Below, one piece after another: positions 50,289-62,096 of a DNA stretch of 64,000 nucleotides (positions are counted from its first letter, which is position 1; every line of letters begins with the position of its first letter). The position numbers and the translations under genes were made by a program. The notes under the pieces are model-generated. The model searched no databases, had not been told where the DNA came from, and saw only the letters and a program-made list of their open reading frames with translations. The stretch is from Massalongia carnosa (Eukaryota): positions 1,364,001 to 1,428,000 of the forward strand of contig OZ287077.1 in the NCBI GenBank assembly GCA_965645245.1. The letters run 5' to 3'.

Positions 50289-51257
50289 TCAGATATCCAG
50301 TAGTTGTGGCGAGTTTCCAATCTTGCCTGTGCTCCTGTATGTCAATGACGCATTGATCATTACACCTCCTCTAGCATCTCCCCCCCAGACTCGACCCCAC
50401 AAGATCCCTAGCAGTCCATGCCATAACAACATTGCAATGTTGACCCATAGGTGGGGAGATATCAAGTTCCGCAAAAGCTTTAAGTCGTCGTGCGTACAAA
50501 GCCTCTCAAAGGCCTCTTGACACCTGTCCCAAAATACATATTCTCTACCATATCCTGCATGAACATGACCGAAAATATGCACCTGCGGACGAACCTTCCA
50601 TGTTTCTCTAAGCAAGAATTTGCAGCCCAGTCCGCCAGGGAGATCCAGGTGATGCCTAGGGGGTGAATGTGTTACCAAAACATCTGTCTCGCGCGGAATT
50701 GTTCCAGTCCACGCGTCATCGTTCCGCTGATACTGAAAAGCAAACTCCCTACCTCCACATTCTGGGATCTGGGGAGCGCCATAGAAATTCAGTTGGCGGC
50801 CCCCTTGACTTGGGAATTGCAACCGAACGGTGGAATGCTGCAGATAGTGGACATCACCCCACCGAATTGATTTGCCTGCATCCTCTTCATGCCGCGATCT
50901 CGGATCAAAGAAGCTGTCATGATTGCCAGCTATAGCTATCTTATGAGGATGAGGCAGGGAGGACAGCCAATCAACATGCTCCTGAACCTCAGCAATCGTG
51001 CCAAGGTTGGTGAGATCACCGGCATGGATCAAGACGTCCCCTATAGGAATAGAATCAACCTTGTAGGTGTGCGTATCGGAAATGCAAACGAGGCGGATGC
51101 GTAAGGATGGTGGAGGGGCATGGAATGCAGGGCCACGGAGGAACAGAAGAAGAGCGTAAAGATATTGTACGAAAGTTCTGATAGGGTAAAAGATAATCTG
51201 ATGAAGGAGAGATGGAGGCTCAAAGGGTGAATTGGGTGCTTGTAGAATTGAGGGCAT
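50289..51257 (-). CDS. Calcineurin-like metallophosphoesterase (MPPED-like)
   Basis: SDTH, HAGDLT, AGNHD, THSPP, FGHVH motifs. Confidence 0.88.
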   Translation of the reverse strand: MPSILQAPNSPFEPPSLLHQIIFYPIRTFVQYLYALLLFLRGPAFHAPPPSLRIRLVCISDTHTYKVDSIPIGDVLIHAGDLTNLGTIAEVQEHVDWLSSLPHPHKIAIAGNHDSFFDPRSRHEEDAGKSIRWGDVHYLQHSTVRLQFPSQGGRQLNFYGAPQIPECGGREFAFQYQRNDDAWTGTIPRETDVLVTHSPPRHHLDLPGGLGCKFLLRETWKVRPQVHIFGHVHAGYGREYVFWDRCQEAFERLCTHDDLKLLRNLISPHLWVNIAMLLWHGLLGILWGRVWGGDARGGVMINASLTYRSTGKIGNSPQLLDI

Positions 51258-51353
51258 AGTTGCGTGTATGGGACACGCAGCATCCACAAACTGAGAACTA
51301 ATATAGTGTTTGTGTAATGATTCTACCCCCAACTCTAGATACTTTAAAGAGTA

Positions 51354-51431
51354 CAACCATCATCGGATAGAGTTATTCAGAGAAAGATGCAACCATCATC
51401 GGATAGAGTTATTCAGAGAAAGATGCAACCA
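51354..51431. repeat. Perfect 36-bp tandem duplication
   Basis: CAACCATCATCGGATAGAGTTATTCAGAGAAAGATG twice, plus CAACCA. Confidence 0.9.
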
Positions 51432-52480
51432 AACCGTACCGGGTTTATTCAAACTATGAGGTAAATAGAGCAGACGCTCATGAAAGCCCAAGCTACCAGT
51501 GTTATTTACACACAGCTTACTAACTCTACATCCTCAAAAGTGGTTAACTATTGAAGTTTGACTACCATAGCACATGCATAGCTAGCCGAAAGCAGCCAAA
51601 GTAACTGTGCCATGCACCCATGCACGCGGGTGACAAAATAAATTTTACACCAAAATTTCTACCTCACCAAAATCATCAGACTTTTCATCCATTATTGTAA
51701 CGTCTATTCAGTTCATTTGATGATGTTTGAATTTCATTTGCTACAACTAATAACCAGTCATTCTACCTTCATCATCAATCACCGCTTGCAGTCGTTTGGG
51801 TATCGTGGCCACCTGTTCGTTGACAAATCGCTGAGAAACATGACTCCATCCCTCATAAATCTTGCCTCAGTACCTCAGACCTGCCTTGCCCTCACCACAG
51901 CTAAACCTATTTAGATTAGTATATTATTTGTCTAAAACTAAGCTAGTTTAGTGAATAGATTAACTATTTTGGGTTAAGACTCTGTTTAGCTTACTACGCA
52001 TGCTTCGGGCGGCAGGTCTGAGTTCAAAACTCTGTAATTTTGCCAGGTTCGCGTTATTTTGGTGACAACACATGTAAATTTCGTGCTTAAGATAAAAAAT
52101 CATCGTTTTTCACGTTCAGGACAGGATCAACGACAACACATGATAATTGTTATATAATACTTCATTGTCGCCGCTACTTTCAGATATGCTTTATTCAATG
52201 TCCTAAAATTTAAACGCCCTGCATGCGTTGCGCGAATATCTTCCTCGTCGAGCAACATCGACTCAAATTGTTTCTCAAATCCCGACAACAGCACGACAAT
52301 ATCAAACTGAGTCTTGCTCTTCAAATCAACGGTCGGCGCTTATATTCATCATATTGCCTTGACGGATCAAGTTATTGTAGTCCTTCAGGGCTCCGAACTC
52401 GAAAACCTAGTCGTCGTCCTTGCTAGCGTGCTTTTTGACAGTTCGAAACTCGATCAAGATTGTAGCGCTATTACATCAAT

Positions 52481-53655
52481 ATGAACGACGCGATACAGAT
52501 GTTGACTCTTGAGAAGATCGAGAGCGTTGTTGATCGTTATTTCGGGTTTCGTCTAAAGAGGGCGCAGGTGGATGCACTTCATCATCTGTTGTGCGATAAG
52601 ATGGATTTGATTTTGATAGCAAAAACAGGCTTCGGAAAAAGCATACTATTTCAAGCTGCTCCTTTGATGTTTTCGCCTTGCAAGTCAGTGTGGATAATCA
52701 TGCCTTTGATTGCACTGGAAGAAGAGCAATGTGAAAAACTTACTCTCATCGACAACTGTCGACCCATAGTGTTGAACGGAGATAATAACAACTCGTCTAC
52801 CTTGACTGCTATTCGTCATAGTCGTACACTCATGATAAGTCGAATAAATCTGTTTGTATACAAGTCAGCGCTCTAATTGTTACTTACAGTATTCACGAGT
52901 CCAGAAATAGCAACGTCGAAATTGTTTAACGAAATGGTTCTCAGTCATTCATCTTATTTCTCAAATCTTTGTCTGTTGGCTATCGACGGGCTGCATCTGG
53001 TATCTGAATGGCGTGATTTTCGACCTGAATACTTCAATCTTGGGGTGCTTCGTGTTACGACCCAAGTAGGGATAGGACATCCTACTATGGATCGAACAGT
53101 TAAACCGTTCTAGGTTTAAACCCAGCGGAAAGCTCACCTGGCTCACTTGTGAGCAGGGCGAGCTAGAGAGTTCACCGAGCTCACGGGCGAGCAGGGCGAG
53201 CAGATGCTCCCCGGGCTCACGGGCGAGCAGAGTGAGCAAGGACTATATAGGTAGCGAAGATTCCCTTATGGAAACTTCGTGTTCAACCTTCCCTACCATC
53301 TTAACTTCATAGTTACAATCTACTGCATTGACGATTGTTCCCATCTATGTGAAGCTATTCCCGTTGCACCTGACGAACACTACAGACCGCTCTATATAAG
53401 ACCAAACACCCCTCGCGCCTGAGGCACCGAAGAAGACGCGTAGCACTTCGAACCCGATTACCAGATGGAATACCATTTTTAGGAGTTTCTGCAACGTTGG
53501 ATGAAGAAACCTTGAACTGCGTCAGAAGTCAATGTGGGTTTCATGATGAAACTCGACTTATCAAAACACCTATTGATCGACTAGAGATTTACATTCAAGT
53601 CAGTTCTTTGTTGAAATCACAAGCTGAAATGCTTGATCTTCAACAGTTGTGCTTT
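52481..53655 (+). pseudogene. RecQ-like SF2 helicase, N-terminal lobe only
   Basis: AKTGFGKS, MPLIALEEEQ, TSPE, AIDGLH (DExH mutated), WRDFRPEY, VSATLD; interrupted by a solo LTR; truncated near 53655. Confidence 0.85.
53053..53445. repeat. Solo LTR (393 bp) in the helicase gene
   Basis: TGTTACG...CGTAGCA; 5-bp TSD CTTCG; removal rejoins GVLR|TRLPDGIPFLGVSAT; internal GGGCGAGCA repeats. Confidence 0.88.
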
Positions 53656-54787
53656 CGTCTTTCATAACCGGCTTCAACGGATGATACTTCGTTTGAAGGC
53701 GATCCAGTCTTTTCAACACAGGCATGGATGTAACCCGAGGAAACTTGAAGTCGCTGAATTTAGCAGTGTAAAAGGCTTGAATTGCCGACTCGACATGATG
53801 AATTTGAATCTTCGTCCACATTTCATCAGTTTCAAGTAAGCCGCTTAGAAAAGTGGTCGATGCTTACCTGTGCGTCTATGTCATTTAGTTACAATCTTAG
53901 TGCGAGTCCTATGGCGGACAAAGGATAATTCTCAGGTTGCCACATATTCTGTCTCAAGACCGTTACCCCAAGGCCCTGTCCTTCAAATATCAAAGCGGTC
54001 GTAATTGATCGAAACTCTCTTACGTCACCGATTCTCTCGCCTCTTCGGCCTTCCGCAAAAACAAAATTATCTTAGGTTACAACAGTAGTTGAAGCTCGCC
54101 CTATCGTCCTTATTTTTCGCCTCGCTTCGTCACTTAGGCTTGACATGCGCCGTTGAAGAGTGGAATACGACATTGACAAGCCAAGTTCACATAAAGTATC
54201 CAGAACTCTGCGCCTGGCGCCACCCTGATAGATATAAAGGCCCATGATGCTCTGAAATTTTTTTGACGTATTCGGGCGCAACATGTGACAAAAGAGGGAC
54301 AATATAGTTGACTGCCGCCCGACCGGAATAGCGCGCTGAGGATGAGTGGACTCGTCTCGGTGGGCATCACTACAGACGCGCTGAATAGGATCTAGCCATC
54401 GTGGCGCCTTACTCATGATGACCGATGCGGCACCCTTGAAGCTATTTAAGGTGCCCAGCTCGTCAGTCTCCGACGGTGGGTGGAAAACCCCAAATGCGGC
54501 CGTTGCAACCAGTGCATTGAGCTCCGCTCGAAGGGCCTCCGCGACCCAGGTCCAACCCTGTTCATAAAGGATGATTGCCGCTCGATCCTAGCTTTGCCGT
54601 ACATAGTCTAGCTATAGAGATGACAAGTTAATTATGAATCAATGACCGCTTGCAGCTGTCATTCTCTTACTATTTTCGTGACTCAACTAGACGTCCATTT
54701 TAGACTGAGATCCGGGCCTTTTGTCTAACTTGCATCGAGGTTAAAAAGCGCGCTCATTGTTCCTTGATGGCGTTCTACAGCGCGCAT
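53645..54787 (-). pseudogene. Putative Academ-type (DUF6589-like) transposase, N-terminal part
   Basis: LRAELNALV...FG, KAPRW, FQSIMGLY...RRVLDTLCELGLSMSY, (*)DNFVF, PLKPVMKDEST; has introns and stops. Family assignment is from motif recall only. Confidence 0.6.
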
Positions 54788-55097
54788 AGTCTGTCGTGTA
54801 GTTGGAAAACACATAAATAACACACATAGAAAACGATGGGATGGTATAACACAATATTTTACGCTTAATCGCGTAAGGCGGCTTGGTATTTTAATATTTT
54901 CTCATTTATAAGGCAAACCTGCCTGTATTATTGAGTTTTGCCCTCAGACGTGCTTGTACAGCGAACTTAGTAAGCAAAGTCTAACTATAAAAAGTTAGAC
55001 TTGTAGGCTAAATAAGTTAGCGCCGAGTTAAGCGGAAAAGGTTAATAAAGGCGCAGGCTGAGCCACAGCACGTCTGAGGTACTTCGTACTGAGGCAA

Positions 55098-56004
55098 CAT
55101 AAATCAACTCTTTAGTAGTAGCATCGTCCCAATGAGGATATTTTCGAAGATGTTGTTTGACAGGCTGCCAGCAATTCTCAATCGGAGACAGATCAGGAGA
55201 TGAGGCACAATTGAAATAATGATTCAACTCATTTTTCTCCTTCCAGGTGCGTACGATATTCGGTTTGCCTAGTCCATGACCTGAATCACCATCTTCTTCT
55301 AAAACGAACCTCTGACCCGTTTGCAGCCATGGAAGAACAATCGGATTCAAAATCTGCTCGATGTAGGCCTTTTGACTCATCTTTCCGTTGGTGTTACCCG
55401 AAACATTGTAAAAAAAGATATCTGATTTAAAACTGTGTCCCATCGCAGCCCAGCAATGATGACGCTTTTTGTCCTTCTCGTCTGGTTCATTCTCTTCTTG
55501 AATACAATTCTGACAATATCTTTCTCCAGGTTTTCGTATGATTCGTAGTTTCCTTTGAGGACCCCAGCCGAAATGAACCTCATCGCTGAATCGTACATGA
55601 TGCCAATCCTCCGGCTCAGGATATTTCTCAAGCATTACAGTTGCCCAACTGACTCGATGCGCTGCTGTTTTCTTATTGACCCAGCCCTTTCTACAAGAAA
55701 CACACTTATGATAATCCATCGTACCCATCGCTCTTTGAACAGTGCGACCACTACAATCCAAGCCCACTTCGTAGCCCAATTGTTCCCAAGTTAAAGCTCG
55801 TGCTTCAATGCCTTCGGTCTCAAGAATACGCTCCATTTCTCGTATTTGTTGAGGTGTTATGATAGATTTTCGACCCCGCTGCTCTGATCTATCAGGATTA
55901 TTATGATGTCTTCGTGAAGATTCGCTGCGTAGATATTTGTAGCCTTGTTGTCTTGAAACATTGAACACACGAAAAACGTCTTCCTTATAATAAGATATTC
56001 CCAT
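55098..56004 (-). pseudogene. DD37E transposase, main part (C-terminus at 51747-51861)
   Basis: FSDEVHF; EEDGDSGH...SPDLSPIE with 37 residues between D and E. Confidence 0.9.
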
Positions 56005-56206
56005 TGCTTCGCAAAATTCTACAGCTCCTTGAATTTTTGCCTTATTAGGTGTAGGAACTTCGCTCCAGGCCCTGTAATTTCAAGAAGTGGAGTGGTGGAT
56101 CGATTCATGATTATTTAATATGATGGTGGATGAAAAGTCTGATGATTTTGGTGGGTAGAAATTTTGGTGTAAATTTTATTTTGTCACCCGCGTGCCATGT
56201 AAGTAC

Positions 56207-56741
56207 CACGCGGTGCGAAAAAAAGTTGACACACCGAAATAAGATTCCCCACTAAATCTTCAATACATGAATTACTTCTATGATTTTTTTGAAAGGTAAA
56301 AAACGAACAGTTACTGCTTAGACTCATGATTTAAATTTAGTTGGTTGACTTTAACGATCGCACAGAAAGAATAGTTTTGTAATTGTGTTTGAGGAGTAAA
56401 TTAATAAAATCCTGATTTAGGTTGCCTCATTACCTCAGACGTGCTGTGGCACAGCCTTCGCCTGCACTAACCTCTTTCGGTTAACTCAGCGCTAACTTAT
56501 CTAGCCTATATGCCTATCCCTTTAGAGTTAGGCTTTGCTTACTAACTTCGTTGTGCCGACACGAAGCATACGTAGTAAGCTAAATAGAATCTTATCCTAA
56601 AACAGTTAAACATTTAACTAATTGACTTAGCTTCTGACTAATTATATACTAATCCAAAAATGCTTAGCTGTGGCGAGGGCAAGGCAGGTCTGAGGTACTG
56701 AGGCAAGATTTAGGTGTGTCAACTTTTTTTCGCACCGCGTG
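56207..56741. mobile_element. Non-autonomous TIR element with CACG...CGTG ends; outer boundary ambiguous (inverted repeat extends to 56198/56750)
   Basis: Perfect inverted repeat CACGCGGTGCGAAAAAAAGTTGACACACC at both ends; AT-rich non-coding interior. Confidence 0.75.
56422..56706. mobile_element. 285-bp MITE derived from the helicase-encoding element, in opposite orientation
   Basis: Same TTGCCTCA(G/T)TACCTCAGAC termini; its halves align to 54955-55097 and 51862-52008; 8-bp TSD GATTTAGG (56414-21 / 56707-14). Confidence 0.92.
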
Positions 56742-56952
56742 GTACTTACAGTAGTTATGGCAGACCCATGTCACTCCTCCACCAATTAATCCTGCATGAT
56801 GACGTCTCGTACTGTAAACGTCTATGTCAGTCTTGCCTGCCAACTTCAGGTTTGAGCTTGGTGGGGTTGATGATAATGCGTACATGAACAGTTTTAAAAT
56901 ATCCAAACCTTTTCTTTTGCAAAGGCCCTCAAGTTTATAATAATTAGTGATC

Positions 56953-59342
56953 ATGGCTTCCCATAAGAACGCTTTGCACGGGAATTTTGATGTTGATTAT
57001 GTTATTACATATCGCTTTACTGACAGTAGTAAGTCTCTATACTTTTTCTACAAGAAGCACACCCTAATCTTGCATCCAAGGCAAACATGAGGCCCAGCAG
57101 GGACTGCAGAAGCTTCTAGAGGCTTTGGCTCGAGTAGGATTTGCGATTGAAGTAAGGAATGGTGACAATTGCTCACTCCTGGTCTTCCTTAAAATCGCCT
57201 CACAGAAACGAATGAACCAAGAGGTTTATAGGTCGAGGTTGGTTTTCAGGTCTTTGAAATAAAATAGATTTGCTTGCTAAAAGTGTTTTGAAGGGTCAAG
57301 GACTGGCTATATGGAATCCGAGCGGCTCAGCCTAATAGAGAAACTGAGAATGCTCTGACCGCCCAGAATATAACGGAGGCGGAGCGATATCGTATCGTGT
57401 ACCACTTGATCACCAGCCCTAAAGGAGATGGTGGTGCCGGCATTATCCCAAAAGAAGGGGTATGGAAGAATGTTGAATCCATTTTTCCGCTGCACGACAG
57501 GGCTTTCGATAAAGAGTGGATCAAGAAATGGAGCACCACAACATTTCTCAAAGTAGAAGACTTGGATGAAATCAGAGATCGGTTGGGTGAAAAGGTGAGT
57601 GGATCATTCGAAATCTAATCGTTGCATCAGCTGATATTTTGAGAAGATCGCTTTCTATTTTGCTTTCACGCAGTCATACTTTGCGTTCCTGATCTTCCCC
57701 GCTGCCTTTGGTTTCTCATCATGGGTTCTGCTTGGCCACTTCTCACCTGTCTATGCTGTCATTAATGGTTTATGGTCTGTAGCTTTCGTCGAATATTGGC
57801 GACGACAGGAAGTGGATCTTGGTGTCCGGTGGGGTGTCAAAGGTGTCTCAGCCATTCAAGCGAAAAGAAGGGAGTTTCGGCACGAAAAAGAGGTCACGGA
57901 TCCAATCACCGGGGAAACTGTACAAGTTTTTCCTGCTACCAAAAGATTAAGAAGGCAGCTGCTTCAGGTACCATTTGCGATCCTCGCAGCCTTGGTTTTA
58001 GGAACATTGATCGCGACTTGCTTTGGCATTGAAATATTTCTATCTGAGATATATAACGGACCGCTGAAAAGCGTTCTAGTAAGTTCCCTAACGTTTGCAA
58101 CAATGGCACAATGCTGATTTTCTCCAGGTATTCCTACCTACCGGATTGCTGACAACTCTAGTCCCTACACTGACGACATTGCTAACTGGCGTCGCTGCTC
58201 GGCTGAACGAATTCGAGAATTGGGAAACAGCTGAAAGTTACGATGCTGCAATGATTCAGAAAATATTTATATTGAATTTTATCACCTCCTACCTGCCAAT
58301 TTTCCTCACTGCGTTTGTCTATGTACCTTTTGGCAGCTTAATTGTGCCCTATCTGGATGTTTTCAGCCTTACTGCTCGGCCATTTGCGGAGAACGAGAAG
58401 CAGCTTACCGCCCCTCAAACTGGGTTCGAAATTAATCCAGCCAGGCTTCGGAAGCAGGTAATATACTTTACGGTTACAGCTCAAATTGTCAATTTTGCAA
58501 TGGAGACAGTTGTACCATACCTCAAGCGCCGAGGTTTCTACAAATATCAGCAGATGAAAAATGAGCGAGCCGCCAAAAAAAGAGGAGCTGCTCCAGGCGC
58601 CAAAGTTAATGACTCTCCCGAGGAGGCAGAATTTCTTGCAAGGGTGCGCAGCGAAGCAGAATTGGATGTCTATGACGTTACTAGTGATCTAAGAGAAATG
58701 GTTATGCAATATGGGTATTTGACTCTATTCTCTGTTGTTTGGCCTTTAACACCAGTTTCGTTCTTGATCAACAACTGGATAGAGCTCCGCGGCGACGCTG
58801 TCAAAATATGCGTGGAGATGCAACGGCCCACCCCCTTGCGCGCTGATACAATCGGCCCGTGGCTGGAAAGTCTTGGCTTTCTTACGTGGCTCGGAAGCAT
58901 TTCCACCGCAGCATTAGTGTATCTCTTCAGCAACGATGGCTTAGGGCCAGACGGTACGCCGGCCACTATCAAAGGGTGGGCTCTGCTTTTAACAATATTT
59001 CTCTCTGAGCATATTTATCTTTTAGTTCGCCTTGGGGTTCGCCTGGCAATGTCGAAAATTGACTCGCCAGGCATGCAAAAGGAGCGGGCGGAGAGGCTCG
59101 TTGTGCGGAAACGATATCTACAAGAGTTATATGGCCAAGACGTGACGGAAGCTCCTCCAAGCCATGTGGTCGACCAGTTCACCCGAGCATCTTTGGAAGA
59201 AGACGCTCGACAAGGCAGCCTTAGAAAGACCACGCCTCAAGATCATTTTTGGTCCAGGCAACGAGGCTGGGAGGAATCGGCAGCAGTTGGCGCTGGTCTG
59301 ATTGAGAAGATGGCACCGACAGAGGACAAAAAGCTACAGTGA
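56953..59342 (+). CDS. IST2: Anoctamin/TMEM16 family scramblase or channel (multi-exon)
   Basis: VDYVITYRF, SIFPLHD, IRDRLGEK|IAFYFAF, FVEYWRRQE, NNWIELRGD, RADTIGPW. Confidence 0.9.
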
Positions 59343-59632
59343 TATTCATGGCCGTAGAACGAGTTCATATTTCCGAACCAAACCTGACTCTTATAAATAT
59401 TCTTTAAAACTCAGAAGGTATGTATCCTTAGGTATATAGCATAAGTTTAACAAGATCATGTACCTATAAAGGATAGTATTCCATTATTCGAGTGTCATTA
59501 TCCTTTTTCCTTAGGGTGACTCGTGGAGCTGCTTCTAGCGATAGCACACGGGAGCCGGTAACCTAGAAATAATACCTACTTCGTGAAACGCGCTTGCTTT
59601 GCGTACAGTAAAGGCTAGCTCTAGAATTCCTC

Positions 59633-60664
59633 CTACTCATCCATCTGCCATGCATAATCCAACTCCTTAAGGTTCCTCCTGCGATTCCGCGCGGCAAAAT
59701 ACTCCTTCTCGAAACCATTCCCCCGGTCCACGCCATCCCACAGATGTCCTGGCCGGATTCCATACCGATTGGGCATCGCCGGCCCTACATACAATGGCTT
59801 CCCCGTCACGCTCTTGCCATCCCTCTTCTTAGTCAAGAACTGGCTCGCCGGATCATTCCAACGTTCGCGCTCCCTCAGCTCGTTGTTCATCTCCATGTCG
59901 TCGGCGTATCGCGCCACCGGCAGGAATTTCGCCTCGGCCAACTCCTCCCTACGCTTCTCCCGCCACGCAAGCTGTGCGTCTCCTTTCTGCGCCTCTACCT
60001 CCGCCGCAGCCTTCGCAGCATCGACTTCTGCCTTCTTGCGCGCCTCCGCGCGCTTCATAGCTACGTTGATAATCCGCCCGCTCGCGTCCCGGTAGATGGT
60101 CTCTTTCCCGCGACCGCTGTGCTCGTCGCCGTCTTGGAGGAACCGCTGCCGCTCCTCGGCCCGTTTGCGCTTCAGCTGGGCGGTGACTTGGTCAGCGGTC
60201 TGGAGCCCTGCGTGCGCGCCGGATTCCATCATTGCCGTGCCAGATGCGTCAACGGCGGGGGCATCTTCGTCGGCCAAGGTGTGAGCTAGAGATTCCGCAG
60301 CCGCGGAGGCGATGATGGCGTCGGCAGCTGCTTGGTCGGATGAGGAGGGCGCCGGTGCGCCGACGGTTTGCCAGTTGTTGCTTTGGGCTTTGCGGAATTC
60401 CGAGCTGTAGCCGCCGACTGGGCATACCGATATATTAGCAGGGTGCAAGGAGAAGGGAGGGGGGAAGGGGGAAATATGAATACCTGTGAGTGGCGCATCT
60501 TCGTCCGCACCACCAGGCCCATTTGCGTTCCAACCTAGAATATCATCGTCCGCAATGATGAGGCCAGATGGCGCACCGTCTTTTCGTTTTCTTTTCTTTG
60601 ACTTATTTCCTGTATTTGAGGTTGCGGTTAGGTAATTCTTGGCTAGGTAATCCGCAAGTGACAT
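59633..60664 (-). CDS. BUD13: Pre-mRNA splicing factor Bud13/Cwc26 (RES complex)
   Basis: MSLADYLAKNY, ETIYRDASGR, RWNDP, PNRYGIRPGHLWDGVDRGNGFE; probable in-frame intron ~60419-60484. Confidence 0.92.
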   Translation of the reverse strand: MSLADYLAKNYLTATSNTGNKSKKRKRKDGAPSGLIIADDDILGWNANGPGGADEDAPLTGIHISPFPPPFSLHPANISVCPVGGYSSEFRKAQSNNWQTVGAPAPSSSDQAAADAIIASAAAESLAHTLADEDAPAVDASGTAMMESGAHAGLQTADQVTAQLKRKRAEERQRFLQDGDEHSGRGKETIYRDASGRIINVAMKRAEARKKAEVDAAKAAAEVEAQKGDAQLAWREKRREELAEAKFLPVARYADDMEMNNELRERERWNDPASQFLTKKRDGKSVTGKPLYVGPAMPNRYGIRPGHLWDGVDRGNGFEKEYFAARNRRRNLKELDYAWQMDE

Positions 60665-62096
60665 ATTGGTAGGAAGATCAAAATAAAAGCCAATATTTAG
60701 ATCTGGAGCTTTGAGCTGAAGCTAGTTAGCTCAAATGTCGGTATTACATACATGCGCTAATGCGGGGTTTAGGGTTTCTTTGAATGAAGCACACACATGA
60801 AGTAACTTGACAACAAATCTTAACGGCAGTTCTCAATTATCCATCAAAAGAGCGTTTAGAAAAAAGACATGGCTTCTGCAAAATGTAACTTCGTACTCAT
60901 TGAAGATGCGCATCTTGTTCGATAAATTGAAAAGTAGTCAAATCTCAAACGCATAACTTTAAGCTCACATATTAATCCTTTTCATTTACTGATCTGTTTG
61001 CTTCTATGTTCACTTTCACCATGTCTGCTTTCATATATGTCATAACTAAGGGTTTCCTATAATATGGCATCAGGAAAGCACTTTGATGCAAGACCACGCC
61101 TGATGCAAAGATTCAGATGAATAGTTCCTCCTATTTTGTTTATTCACCCGAGGCCTTGCATTTTTGCTCACTGAGTCGAATAAGCAAGCAAGGGCTCTAC
61201 GGCTTCTTTATGCTATCAAAGTCATTCAACCATCAATGGCGGGGGGCACTATAAGACTTGCATATCCTTGTTCCCATTTGAACATGCTGATGCACTTATC
61301 TAAAGGACGTAGATATTCTACCAGCGCAAAAGCGCGACGCTAAGGATCGCGGAGCTTCTAGCTTAAGCAAGGGTACATCGCCGCGAGGAGTGACATTATG
61401 ATGCCGCCACTTATTGCTCGAATTGAATCTAGCTGACCAAGGGTTACAATGAGCAAGAGTCAAGTTTGGAGCCTTCGAAGCCCTATATCGTGGACACGTG
61501 GAGCTTTCGGTAGTTCCGAACGCGTACAGAAATCGATGGAAGGCACGATTACTATGTCACCTCGTCAGACCTGCTAAACTATTCAAAAAAGAGAGAGCTC
61601 TGGCAAACGGTACAAGTTGGCCGACGAATCGATTCACAAGGATGTATAAAATGGAAACGAAAGCGAGCTTATGTCTCGGCGAATAGCTATACTAGTACGA
61701 TGATATGAACTAATGGGGCTCATAAGATTCATTCGTGGTATGGTTTTGTATTGTGGGTAAGCAGCATTCCACGAATCAGCTGTGGACAAATGCATGACAC
61801 GGCGAATATCAACAATATTAACTATCCATCATCTTGTCCCTATTAACCTAGCACTTTGTGTAGTTCCACAACGGCACATTATCAGTTGTAAAATTAAAGA
61901 TACATTTATGCCAGCATCGCTTCTCACTCGGCCGCAGAAGACCGGTATAGACGCTTGGGAAAGAGAAATGCCAAGCATCTTGCAAATGCCAGATCTAAGA
62001 CAGGTAGCTATGATGCTGAACCACCGTTGCCGGTCCAAGCTGTAAAACGCCATCCATTACAACCCATAACCAATTCTTGTCGCAGAACCACTCATT

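Larger units (their letters stand above)
51862..55097. mobile_element. Helicase-encoding TIR transposon (AcademH-like), internally deleted
   Basis: TIR TTGCCTCAGTACCTCAGAC (right copy has a 7-bp insertion); 8-bp TSD CATAAATC (51854-61 / 55098-105); convergent helicase and putative transposase remnants. Confidence 0.85.
51623..56194 (-). mobile_element. IS630-Tc1-mariner-type transposon (DD37E; ~1.33 kb without its insert), 5-bp TSD
   Basis: ~55-bp TIR CACGCGGGTGACAAAATAAA...; CCATG on both flanks (51618-22 / 56195-99); transposase split TKELIY|EGWSHV...MTGY* by the helicase element. Confidence 0.93.

Noticed and set aside
51354..51431. 36-bp repeats resembling a CRISPR array
   Set aside because: Head-to-tail duplication with no spacers, in a eukaryote, with no cas genes.
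52481..53655. Helicase as a host SGS1/RecQ gene or a Helitron
   Set aside because: It lies inside TIRs with a TSD and is SF2-type; there are no Rep or PIF1 motifs.
59744..60289. Antisense 181-aa ORF, and many similar short ORFs in the track
   Set aside because: Shadow frames of real coding sequence with no recognisable motifs.
60700..62090. Possible ncRNA or snoRNA in the long intergenic region
   Set aside because: No convincing C/D or H/ACA boxes or tRNA fold by eye; an Infernal/Rfam scan would be needed.
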